Below, in pieces: positions 1 through 8,314 of a stretch of DNA of 30,570 nucleotides. The position numbers were made by a program, and so were the translations under genes. The notes below the pieces were generated by a model that did not search any database, had not been told where the DNA came from, and saw nothing but the letters and a program-made list of their open reading frames with translations. Origin of the DNA: Pseudobacteriovorax sp. (GTDB lineage: Bacteria; Bdellovibrionota_B; Oligoflexia; Oligoflexales; Oligoflexaceae); the NCBI GenBank assembly GCA_050293845.1, contig JBNKNM010000048.1:1-30570 (forward strand), read 5' to 3'. Position 1 is the stretch's first letter, and each line of letters opens with the position of its first letter.

Positions 1-110
1 TAATAGAAAGAGATCGTGTCAGTTATTCACAGGATGGTCAATGTGAGTCGCAAACGAGAACGTTAGGTTCCCATCCAGGTAAAATTTTCCCGCGTAAATG
101 CCACTGTTAA
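1..110 (+). CDS. 3' end of a gene truncated by the window edge (…IERDRVSYSQDGQCESQTRTLGSHPGKIFPRKCHC*), function unknown
   Basis: Frame 3 is open from the window start to TAA at 108-110, which is followed immediately by a strong hairpin. Too short for the ORF track; translated by hand. Confidence 0.5.
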   Translation, partial: IERDRVSYSQDGQCESQTRTLGSHPGKIFPRKCHC

Positions 111-111
111 T

Positions 112-149
112 TGCCTATAATAGGAGAATAATTCTCTCTATTATAGGCA
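112..149. terminator. Long inverted repeat, probable terminator/3' stabilising hairpin between convergent genes
   Basis: TGCCTATAATAG (112-123) pairs perfectly with CTATTATAGGCA (138-149); inner GAGAA/TTCTC stem. It starts 1 nt after the stop at 110. There is no clear U-tract. Confidence 0.6.
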
Positions 150-342
150 GTCATTTGATTAGGCTTAAGATTTTAACGCAAAAAATACTATCTACTTACT
201 TATGCTACTGCATTATTGAAGGTATTTTCCTAGTATCAATGCAATTTTCACCATGATTAATGCCCAAGGCTCAAAAGCTCACCAAGAGGTTTTTACCGCA
301 CCCTGCATATTGGTCCTCTTTTAGGTTGGTAGCATCATCTGA

Positions 343-2514
343 CTAAGCACTGGCGGCAAGTAGTTTATCAGCACCCCCCGTAGCCCCCTTAAGAATTGCT
401 TCACGAGGACTAAATCGCAATTCACTAGCGAGAAGTTTTTCTGCCTTTTTATTCTTGCTTGTCGTTTGAAATACCATATGACATGCCATTTCACCAGCTT
501 TTGCCTTCATCAGGGTTAAAACAGTAGTTTTAGCTGAATCGAGTATTTCAGGCTGTTCACCTATAGGGTTGGGCTCCGTTTCATTATTTGCAGTTTCGGG
601 TAATTCCGATGTGGCTTTTTGTATTACTAATGGTTTGCCTTTTTTAATAGCAATTCTAAGTTTTTTTAATAGATTCTGCGCTCTTTGTTGAACATTACTA
701 ACCACAGTAATTGATTTTTCTAACGGTTCTACTGCTGCCTCCATAGCATGATCTCGAATATATGCTAAAGCAAGGTTATAGTTTACTATAGCAATGATAT
801 CGAGCCTACTCTCAGGTATAGATTCTATAGTTTTTTGATATTGTCTGATTCCTTCATTTATCATATTGCAACGAGCCATGGCAACGGCCTGATTGTTCAT
901 ATATGATACAACATTCTCCATAGCCTTTAACTGAGACATTATTTGCTTGGCTTTCAGTGTATTATCAGCATTAAGGGCTATCTTAGCACTAGTTTCTTTA
1001 ACGCGCTCACTATCTGGATCTAATTGGGATGCATGATTCATTGTATTCTCTGCCTCCCCGCTGTTTCCCATTTCAGACTGTACTTCAGCAATCTGACATA
1101 AACGTTCGAGATTCATCGGTGCTATACTTTGAGCCTTTTCAAAACATCGCAATGCCACATCAAACTCTCTGAGACTCATCATCGTTTTTCCGAGCAAATT
1201 CAAGATGAAGATGGAATCTCCTGCATGCTTGATAGCCTCAATTGCGAAATCCCTAGCTCTAGAATAGTCTTTGGCTATATAGGCGAATTCGGCTTCAATG
1301 ATTTCTTTGGAGCCAATTTTTATCGAAACATCATTTATATATCGCTCCTTAATTCCTTCGGCTTCTTTCATATTTTTTTCATTTAAGTACTGTCGTATTT
1401 TTCGTTCCATTGACGACTGCTCTGTAGGAAGCCGATCCTGCTGAATTGTCCATATGATAGATTTAGTGAATTCACCTCTTTTGAGAGGTTTTTTGATTAT
1501 ATTGGCCACACCCATTTCTTTCACGAAAGGAATATCTTGATTCTCAATAAGTGAACTCAGTAAAATAATTGGTACTGATTTAACGCCTTCCTCCTGAGCC
1601 TTTTGCAAAAACAAGGGACCTGCTAATTTAGGTATTCTCCACTCTTGGAGAATCAGGTCAATGTCCTCATTCTCCTTTAATGCCGATATACCTGTTTCAC
1701 CGTCATTACAGGCAATGATTTCGCTGACACCAATTTCTTTTAATATGTGAGTCACTTCTTTAATAACCGCATCATCACTGTCAACAACAAGAACTTTCTT
1801 AATTCCTAAAAAATTAATGTCATGACTTCCAGCGTCATTTAGACTTTTCCCTTCTAAATACTCCGCTAAAATACTTTGAATTTTTTCCTCTTGAGAGTGA
1901 TCGATCATCTGTATCTGCTTTAAAACAGATAATGCCTCATCAATGCGTCCCATCTTTGCTAATGGAGGTACAATATTAAACATAAGATCAATTCTACCTG
2001 GATACAGATCCAATACCTTTTTTTCAAAAGCTAGAAGTTCCTCATTGCGGTTCTGTTCACTCATTATTTTTCTCAAATAGGTTCCCGCTACAAGCGTTGC
2101 ATTCCATCCACAAGAGGCAAAATTTTCTAAAAATTCTTTAAACTCATTTGTCAAAGAATCTTTTGTAAAAGGTTTATAGTGAAATGATAAAAGCCCCATT
2201 TCAAAAGCATCTGGTAGAATTTCTTCTTCGCCTTCTTCAATGAGAAAAGATATCCTCAATTGACTCAAAGCCGGATGACTACAAAAAAGTTTGAGCAAAA
2301 GCATACCGTTTTCAGCTTGATCCGCCACCAAAGGTGTTACGATCCAGTTAACAGGTTCCACTTCAAGAATTGAGACTGCTTCTTTTATGCCAGATACTCC
2401 ACTTACATCTGAAAATCCCAGACCCCGGACTACTTCAGCCAACAGTGTGCGTGCTGCTCCAGAAGCATCGATAACAATGACTTTTGCATTTTTATCTTTA
2501 AAAAAGCTACCCAT
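343..2514 (-). CDS. Tandem pseudo-receiver/TPR protein (REC-TPR-REC-TPR)
   Basis: Two CheY-like domains (KVIVIDAS…YKPF; KKVLVVDSD…IKKP) and TPR-like helices (LNLLGKTMMSLREFDVALRCFEKAQSIAP; NYNLALAY). ATG at 2514 follows GGTGATC and is preferred over the TTG at 2523. Confidence 0.85.
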   Translation of the reverse strand: MGSFFKDKNAKVIVIDASGAARTLLAEVVRGLGFSDVSGVSGIKEAVSILEVEPVNWIVTPLVADQAENGMLLLKLFCSHPALSQLRISFLIEEGEEEILPDAFEMGLLSFHYKPFTKDSLTNEFKEFLENFASCGWNATLVAGTYLRKIMSEQNRNEELLAFEKKVLDLYPGRIDLMFNIVPPLAKMGRIDEALSVLKQIQMIDHSQEEKIQSILAEYLEGKSLNDAGSHDINFLGIKKVLVVDSDDAVIKEVTHILKEIGVSEIIACNDGETGISALKENEDIDLILQEWRIPKLAGPLFLQKAQEEGVKSVPIILLSSLIENQDIPFVKEMGVANIIKKPLKRGEFTKSIIWTIQQDRLPTEQSSMERKIRQYLNEKNMKEAEGIKERYINDVSIKIGSKEIIEAEFAYIAKDYSRARDFAIEAIKHAGDSIFILNLLGKTMMSLREFDVALRCFEKAQSIAPMNLERLCQIAEVQSEMGNSGEAENTMNHASQLDPDSERVKETSAKIALNADNTLKAKQIMSQLKAMENVVSYMNNQAVAMARCNMINEGIRQYQKTIESIPESRLDIIAIVNYNLALAYIRDHAMEAAVEPLEKSITVVSNVQQRAQNLLKKLRIAIKKGKPLVIQKATSELPETANNETEPNPIGEQPEILDSAKTTVLTLMKAKAGEMACHMVFQTTSKNKKAEKLLASELRFSPREAILKGATGGADKLLAASA

Positions 2515-2721
2515 GATCACCAAATATTCAATCTGTAATCTAGAAAATTCAGTTTAGAAATTTTCCAGAAAGCCTTGCGTGCAAGCGGATGCGAAACATG
2601 TATATCACTAGGGCACGAGGAACAGTAAATCGTCGTGGTTACCCCTTTAATGAGAACGATATTTCGCTGAAGCCACATAGAATAGGGGCTATTTTTCACT
2701 TCCGGCTTAACAACTCTATAG

Positions 2722-2748
2722 ATATCGACACATAAGGCAATCCCTTCA
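2722..2748 (-). promoter_or_regulatory. Candidate sigma28 (FliA) promoter
   Basis: Minus strand TGAA-N15-GTCGATAT versus consensus TAAA-N15-GCCGATAA; intergenic and oriented toward the REC-TPR gene, about 200 nt upstream of its ATG. Confidence 0.4.
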
Positions 2749-2866
2749 ACAATACCTCGAAAAAATACATAACATACTAATATTTTTGATGATTATTTAG
2801 GATTGTAGTCTCTTTAAGCTTCAGGTAAGCTTAAACATTCCAGTGAGTAAAAGGAAGCTGTAAATC

Positions 2867-3877
2867 ATGGGATTGACAAATATTAAGAGCGCTTTAATAA
2901 TTTTCTTCAAAATATTTATCTCTCTAGCGCTTATAAGTTATTTGATATATACCGACCGACTTGATTTTAGGGAGCTAACTCATGTGTTTTCCAATGCGAA
3001 AATTGCTATTGCAACTGTAATCTTTTGGTTATTAGGTCTATGTATTCTTGGTTCTATGCGTTGGCGGCTACTGCTAAGGGGTGCCGGGTATTCCGTTGAT
3101 AAAGCGCAGGCATTCAGCTTGCAAACTATGGGATTTTTTTTCAATACGGCAATGCCAGGAGCAGTCGGAGGCGATCTCATTAAAGTTTTTTATATCATCA
3201 AGGAACATCCTAAATTAGGCAAAAGCCCAGCTATCATGAGTATTTTTTTAGACCGGGTCATCGGTTTATCGGCTCTATTTTTTATAGGCCTGATAGCCAC
3301 CTTATTTAACATGAATTCATTCCTATCTGAGCCAATATTGTTATCTTTTCTGACAAGCTTAGTTCTATTCTGCTTAGCTATTGCTGTTTTTTTTATGGCA
3401 GCTCTATATAACTATAAAAGCGAAGACCCTTTTCTAAAAATTCTTACAAAGCCAGTTCCTGGATTTAGCAAAGTATTAAAAATTTATCAGGCATTACGTC
3501 AATATCGCTCCCAACGGCATATTATTTGGCAATCTTTCTTTATCTCTCTTGCCATTCAAATGTCAGCCCTTTTTTTATTTTATGGCATGAGCCTGACCCT
3601 CATTCATGATCAAACTGTAGAGATTGCCAAAATAGCTGCCATTTTTCCCCTTGGGATTTTGAGTACCGCCTTACCCTTAGCGCCAGGCGGCCTAGGAGTA
3701 GGCCACCTGGCCTTTGAAAAATTATTTGTCTTAGTGGGGTTAAGTAAAGGAGCAAATGTAGCGAATGCTTATATGTTATCCTTGCTAACTTTAAACCTAC
3801 TTGGTATTTTCTCGTATTTAAAATACAAAAGGCAGGATTCTACGGTCACTTCTCCAGATCCAGCATTAATAAAATAG
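2867..3877 (+). CDS. Lysylphosphatidylglycerol synthase TM-domain / flippase-like membrane protein (UPF0104/YbhN-like)
   Basis: Multiple hydrophobic helices with family motifs RWRLLL, FFNTAMPGAVGGDLIK, DRVIGL and LPLAPGGLGV; RBS AAGGA upstream. Confidence 0.85.
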   Translation: MGLTNIKSALIIFFKIFISLALISYLIYTDRLDFRELTHVFSNAKIAIATVIFWLLGLCILGSMRWRLLLRGAGYSVDKAQAFSLQTMGFFFNTAMPGAVGGDLIKVFYIIKEHPKLGKSPAIMSIFLDRVIGLSALFFIGLIATLFNMNSFLSEPILLSFLTSLVLFCLAIAVFFMAALYNYKSEDPFLKILTKPVPGFSKVLKIYQALRQYRSQRHIIWQSFFISLAIQMSALFLFYGMSLTLIHDQTVEIAKIAAIFPLGILSTALPLAPGGLGVGHLAFEKLFVLVGLSKGANVANAYMLSLLTLNLLGIFSYLKYKRQDSTVTSPDPALIK

Positions 3878-3977
3878 AATTATTCCGGCCTAATTAAGTA
3901 CAAGCAAAAATTTAATTAACTTTCATAGAGAATTCACCTAAAGCCCTATATTAGTCGGTAACTTTTCAAGTCAACTC

Positions 3978-4004
3978 TAAGGTAATAATATCCTCATCCG
4001 ATAC
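3978..4004 (+). promoter_or_regulatory. Candidate sigma28 (FliA) promoter
   Basis: TAAG-N15-TCCGATAC, ending 33 nt upstream of the ATG at 4038; the CCGATA core and the spacing match the sigma28 consensus. Confidence 0.55.
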
Positions 4005-4037
4005 TTATTTATAAAACTGATTAGAGTCTGGTTCCCT

Positions 4038-5279
4038 ATGAGTATTCAAAGAGTTTTATTACTAGATGACAATACAACTAATACCTTATTCTTTGAGGTC
4101 TTGCTCAAGGAGATAGGGGTCACTGAAGTTTATACATCTCCAACAGGAGATGATGCCTTGCTACTTGCCGACAAAAAGCATGTACAATTTGTGATTTGTG
4201 CCTGGGAATTATCGGGTATGCCTGGCACCATTTTCATTCAAAAGCTCCGATCGAGAAAAAAGAGGAAATACATTCCTTGTGTGATCTATTCGAAGCGTAT
4301 GGAATCACAGGAGGTAACCCTTACAAAAGAGCTTGGTTTTAAAAATATACTTCCCATGCCCTTTGATAAAGGTAAAGCCAAAGAACTCATCAAAGGAATT
4401 ATCGACTACGAAAACAATATTGACCCTAAAGAAATCGCTATCCGCAAAATCGAAATGTATATGTCTGATGGGCAACCTGGTGAAGCATTCAAAATGTTTA
4501 ATGACTCACTGTTCCAACCCGGACCGTTTCGCACGCAAGCTTTACTGGCAGCTGCAGATGTTTTTATTGGCTTATCAAAATATGATAAGGCTAAGAAATG
4601 TATCAATGACGTTTTAGACAAACAGCCCGATAACTATCGTGCTTTACAAATAAAGGCAAAGCTTTTTTCCCGTGATGGCGAACATGACAAAGCCATTAAA
4701 ATTTTAAAAAAGCTAATTCATTCATCACCGAAAAATCTAACAACCCGAGTCAATCTTGGTTGTGCCTACGTTAGTGCTGAAAAATACGAGGAAGCTAAAA
4801 AAGTTTTTAATGGTGTCCTTGATGAAGATCCTGCTAACCAAAATGCGAAAGACCATATGGCTACTGTTGCTTTTCGCGAAGGTGATTTTAGTTTAGCCGA
4901 GCAACTGATTGCAGAAACAGAAAATGGTAACGAGTTAGCAAGAATTTTCAATAGCATGGCTATTTCCCAGGTGACTGAAAATAAGTATAATGATGCTATT
5001 ATGACCTATGTAAATGCCATAAGGCTCTTGGCGGATAAAACGCGCTTATATCTACTCCATTACAACCTAGGCTTAGCCTATCGTAAGAACGGAGATCTGG
5101 ATAAGGGACTAGAAATACTTACTGAATGCTATCTTTCATCACCTGAATTTGAAAAAGCCTATGTTGCAATTGCCCGTATTTATAAAGAAATGAAGAAAAA
5201 AGGCTTGACGCCAAACGCATCTTTGATAAACCAAATCAAAGCTAAACGCCAGGAGTTAGCAGGCAATCGTTCAGCATAA
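4038..5279 (+). CDS. Pseudo-receiver/TPR protein (REC-TPR)
   Basis: N-terminal CheY-like domain (RVLLLDDN…FVICAWEL…ILPMPF) followed by many TPR motifs (VNLGCAYVSAEKYEEAKKVFNGVLDEDP; HYNLGLAYRKNGDLDKG). Confidence 0.88.
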   Translation: MSIQRVLLLDDNTTNTLFFEVLLKEIGVTEVYTSPTGDDALLLADKKHVQFVICAWELSGMPGTIFIQKLRSRKKRKYIPCVIYSKRMESQEVTLTKELGFKNILPMPFDKGKAKELIKGIIDYENNIDPKEIAIRKIEMYMSDGQPGEAFKMFNDSLFQPGPFRTQALLAAADVFIGLSKYDKAKKCINDVLDKQPDNYRALQIKAKLFSRDGEHDKAIKILKKLIHSSPKNLTTRVNLGCAYVSAEKYEEAKKVFNGVLDEDPANQNAKDHMATVAFREGDFSLAEQLIAETENGNELARIFNSMAISQVTENKYNDAIMTYVNAIRLLADKTRLYLLHYNLGLAYRKNGDLDKGLEILTECYLSSPEFEKAYVAIARIYKEMKKKGLTPNASLINQIKAKRQELAGNRSA

Positions 5280-5291
5280 TGGAATTATAAA

Positions 5292-6074
5292 ATGCCTTAC
5301 CTTTCCCTTACCGATGATACGGAAATATTCTATCAAACATATGGTGAAGGAGGACCCTGGATAACATTGATCAATGGTCATACGCGCAGTCATAGTGATT
5401 TTAGGGCTTTCAGCAAGTTTCTTTCCCAGCAAAATTTCCGCATTTTGACCTTCGATAATCGCGGCTCGGGTAGCACAAAATACTCCACCATTAATAGCTT
5501 TGATGTTTTCATAGACGATGTGCTGGCTTTATGGAATCATCTTGCTATAACTAAGAGCCATGTATTAGGAATTTCCATGGGCGGTATGATTGCCCAGAAA
5601 CTAGCAGCACAGACTCAATTGATTCAGTCTTTAGTTTTAGTTTCAACAACCTCCCATAGTAAATGGATTTTTCCTCAAGAGCCAGGATGGGGTCATACGA
5701 TGGATGATGTTACAGAAAAATTAAATCTGTATTTTGCGCCCCAATTTGTTGAAAAGAATAAAATTTTAATTCAAGCTATGGCAAAGCAGATTTATAAGGC
5801 TATTGTCGATGGCTCTTTTGCTCAAGGTGCAAGAGATCAAAGAAAAGTCCAGAACAATATAGACCTCACATCATCGTTAAGTCATATTCAGTGCCCGACT
5901 CTTATTATTCATGGAAAAAATGATCAGATTATAGACTGCGGCGCTGCCTCTGAATTACACGCCAAAATCAAAGATAGCCAATTGGATTTGGTCCCCAATG
6001 TTGGTCATCTACTGCTCGCTGAATATTCAAGGAAGTTATATGAAAGAATTTTAAGCTTTATAAGCCTATTCTAA
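5292..6074 (+). CDS. Alpha/beta fold hydrolase (enol-lactonase/esterase-like)
   Basis: FDNRGSG motif, nucleophile elbow GISMG, PTLIIHGKND and catalytic-His motif GH; 12 nt downstream of the REC-TPR gene. Confidence 0.9.
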   Translation: MPYLSLTDDTEIFYQTYGEGGPWITLINGHTRSHSDFRAFSKFLSQQNFRILTFDNRGSGSTKYSTINSFDVFIDDVLALWNHLAITKSHVLGISMGGMIAQKLAAQTQLIQSLVLVSTTSHSKWIFPQEPGWGHTMDDVTEKLNLYFAPQFVEKNKILIQAMAKQIYKAIVDGSFAQGARDQRKVQNNIDLTSSLSHIQCPTLIIHGKNDQIIDCGAASELHAKIKDSQLDLVPNVGHLLLAEYSRKLYERILSFISLF

Positions 6075-6080
6075 GATATT

Positions 6081-6671
6081 CTAGCCAATGGCAGCTATCA
6101 GTGACACTTCTGAAAGCGGCAATCCGACTTCATTAGCGACATCTTCCTGCGATAGTCCTTGCGCTAGAAGATGGCGGGCATCGACATACTTTTTATCCTC
6201 AATCTCTTCTAACACTTCCTCATAAGGAACTTTTTTATCAAAGAATTTACCTAGTTTCTCAGCTCGCAAAACAAGTCTTTGTAGAGCTTTTCGTTCTTTT
6301 TCGGATTTTTGCATTAAAGCGGATAAAGAAGCTTTTTCTTTGGTTATTTTATAGGCTGCACTATTGAGCTTAGCACTGAATTCTTCTAATAAATTTCCCA
6401 TTTCCTGGCTTAAATTAGCTCTATATGACTTGGATTCAATTTCTGCTTCTGCAGCTAAAGCGTTAATCTTCTTATATAGATCTTCAAACTCAAATTTTTT
6501 TAAATTAATATCTTCTCTAATGCTCTGCGATGCTTCTCTAAGTTCTCTTTTTTCCTGAGTAATTTCCCTTAAAGTTTCAACAGGATTTACCCTCTGCTTG
6601 CCAACAAAGAAAACAACACCCAGCATGATCAAGTCGACTATCACTAAAAATATTAGTAAAATGGTTACCAT
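6081..6671 (-). CDS. Membrane-anchored coiled-coil protein with C-terminal DUF2802-like domain (FipA/SwrB-like)
   Basis: N-terminal TM helix, long coiled coil, and C-terminal YVDARHLLAQGLSQEDVANEVGLPLSEVSLI; last gene of the flagellar operon, coupled by TAAATG. Confidence 0.7.
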   Translation of the reverse strand: MVTILLIFLVIVDLIMLGVVFFVGKQRVNPVETLREITQEKRELREASQSIREDINLKKFEFEDLYKKINALAAEAEIESKSYRANLSQEMGNLLEEFSAKLNSAAYKITKEKASLSALMQKSEKERKALQRLVLRAEKLGKFFDKKVPYEEVLEEIEDKKYVDARHLLAQGLSQEDVANEVGLPLSEVSLIAAIG

Positions 6672-7094
6672 TTATCCATCCTGTAAAAAAGACTTTAGTA
6701 CCTGCTCATCAACCTGGTCCATGTTTACTGTACGACAAAGCACCATTTTTCTCTTACCACGCTTACCAATATCTTCTGATGAAATAACCTTGACTAAAAT
6801 CTTGAAGTCATTCGGAGTATCTATGCGACCATAATTCACATACCTTTGCTTACGTTCCCAATAGTTAGGTATATTGACATGTATTTTTAACAGATCTCCT
6901 TCCGTAAATTCGTCACCTGAGCGAAACTGAATGCCGTAAGGACTAATATGCACCGTTTGCCCTGAGTGTTCATCACCTTCTAGTCTAATGCCATACCGCG
7001 CAACATTTAGATTCAATCTTCGATTTGATCTAGGATATTTTTTAATGAGGTCGGTATCAAAGCCTTTCGTTGACTCATCCTGTCCTTGTCCCAT
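6672..7094 (-). CDS. PilZ-like domain protein (degenerate c-di-GMP motifs)
   Basis: KKYPRSNRR and HISPYG resemble RxxxR and D/NxSxxG, followed by a PilZ-type GDLLKIHV strand. ATG 7094 has RBS GAGGAG (7102-7107). Confidence 0.7.
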   Translation of the reverse strand: MGQGQDESTKGFDTDLIKKYPRSNRRLNLNVARYGIRLEGDEHSGQTVHISPYGIQFRSGDEFTEGDLLKIHVNIPNYWERKQRYVNYGRIDTPNDFKILVKVISSEDIGKRGKRKMVLCRTVNMDQVDEQVLKSFLQDG

Positions 7095-7105
7095 AAAGAT
7101 TCTCC

Positions 7106-7513
7106 TCAATTAGCCTTTTTTAACATGGCATCTATCTTTTCAAGTTTTTCCTTAAGGGCCTGACCTGTAAATGGTTTTACAATATAATTACTGACCCCAG
7201 CTTTAACGGCTTCAATAATATTTTCTTTTTCAGCTTCGGCGGTAACCATAAGAAACGGAACATGCTTGAACTTAGGATCTGCCTTAACAGTTTTTAAGAA
7301 CTCTAATCCTGTCATATTCGGCATATTCCAATCAGAAACAATGAGTTCAAAATCACCATGCTCCTTAAGTGTTTTGTAAGCGATTTCACCATCCTCTGCA
7401 TCAACAAAATTATGAAAGCCATTCTGTTTCAGAAGAGTTTTAACAATTCTCCGCATAGTAGGAAAATCGTCTACAACTAAAATTTTTAAATCTGGTTTTA
7501 TTATTGTTGCCAT
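7106..7513 (-). CDS. cheY: Chemotaxis response regulator CheY
   Basis: [23 protein letters not shown] (intact Asp), MVTAE and NYIVKPF; directly after fliA. Confidence 0.95.
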   Translation of the reverse strand: MATIIKPDLKILVVDDFPTMRRIVKTLLKQNGFHNFVDAEDGEIAYKTLKEHGDFELIVSDWNMPNMTGLEFLKTVKADPKFKHVPFLMVTAEAEKENIIEAVKAGVSNYIVKPFTGQALKEKLEKIDAMLKKAN

Positions 7514-7529
7514 ATATATGCTCCCTAGT

Positions 7530-8288
7530 TTAATCCGTTAGCAAAGGTTTAAGACGTGATCTTAGCTTTTCAACAGCCTGTGTGTGTAACTGGCTCACAC
7601 GCGATTCAGTGACCTCAAGTATTTTTCCAATTTCTTTAAGATTGAGATCTTCATAATAATAAAGTGAGAGAACAAGTTTTTGTTTTTCAGGTAATTCTTC
7701 TATATTTTTAATTAATAGCTCACGTACACCCTTACTTTTGAGTTGAGTAAATGGATTCTTTGAACTGACATTTTCTAGACATTCAAGAAGGCTCTTTTTG
7801 TCTTGTTGATTAGGACCAGAAAGTTCATCAATGGAGAGTAGTGTAACAGCTTTAACCTTTGCCACCATATCGTAGTATTCATCTAGATTTACTCCTAGAG
7901 CTTTGGAGATTTCTTGATCAGAAACTGCTCTTCCAAATTTTTGTTCTAACTCGGCATATGTTTTCTCTATTCTTTTTGCCTTGTCTCTAACACTTCTAGG
8001 CACCCAATCCTGTGATCTAAGCTCATCTAAAATCGCTCCTCTGATACGGAATTCTGCGTATGTTTTAAATTTATTATCACGAGAAGGATCATATTTTTCA
8101 ATGGCATCCATAAGCCCTATAACACCAGCACTTATAAGATCATCAATATCAATATTGGATGGTAGTCTTGCTGCAATTCTCTGAGCTACAAAGCGAATGA
8201 GTGGGGCATAATCCATGATTAACTGGTCTCTGAGCTTACCATCAACTCCCTTGGTATCCTGTTTATATCTCTTGACCAGTCCCTTCAT
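7530..8288 (-). CDS. fliA: Flagellar sigma factor sigma28 (FliA/WhiG family)
   Basis: [38 protein letters not shown] and [19 protein letters not shown]. Confidence 0.97.
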   Translation of the reverse strand: MKGLVKRYKQDTKGVDGKLRDQLIMDYAPLIRFVAQRIAARLPSNIDIDDLISAGVIGLMDAIEKYDPSRDNKFKTYAEFRIRGAILDELRSQDWVPRSVRDKAKRIEKTYAELEQKFGRAVSDQEISKALGVNLDEYYDMVAKVKAVTLLSIDELSGPNQQDKKSLLECLENVSSKNPFTQLKSKGVRELLIKNIEELPEKQKLVLSLYYYEDLNLKEIGKILEVTESRVSQLHTQAVEKLRSRLKPLLTD

Positions 8289-8314
8289 TCAAAGATCCTT
8301 TCTAACTTATTGAT

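Noticed and set aside
23..31. DnaA-box-like TTATTCACA
   Set aside because: Single copy, inside a probable coding frame; no box cluster or unwinding element.
1682..1689. GCCGATAT sigma28 -10-like octamer
   Set aside because: Intragenic and antisense, with no -35 match at the required spacing (GTCC).
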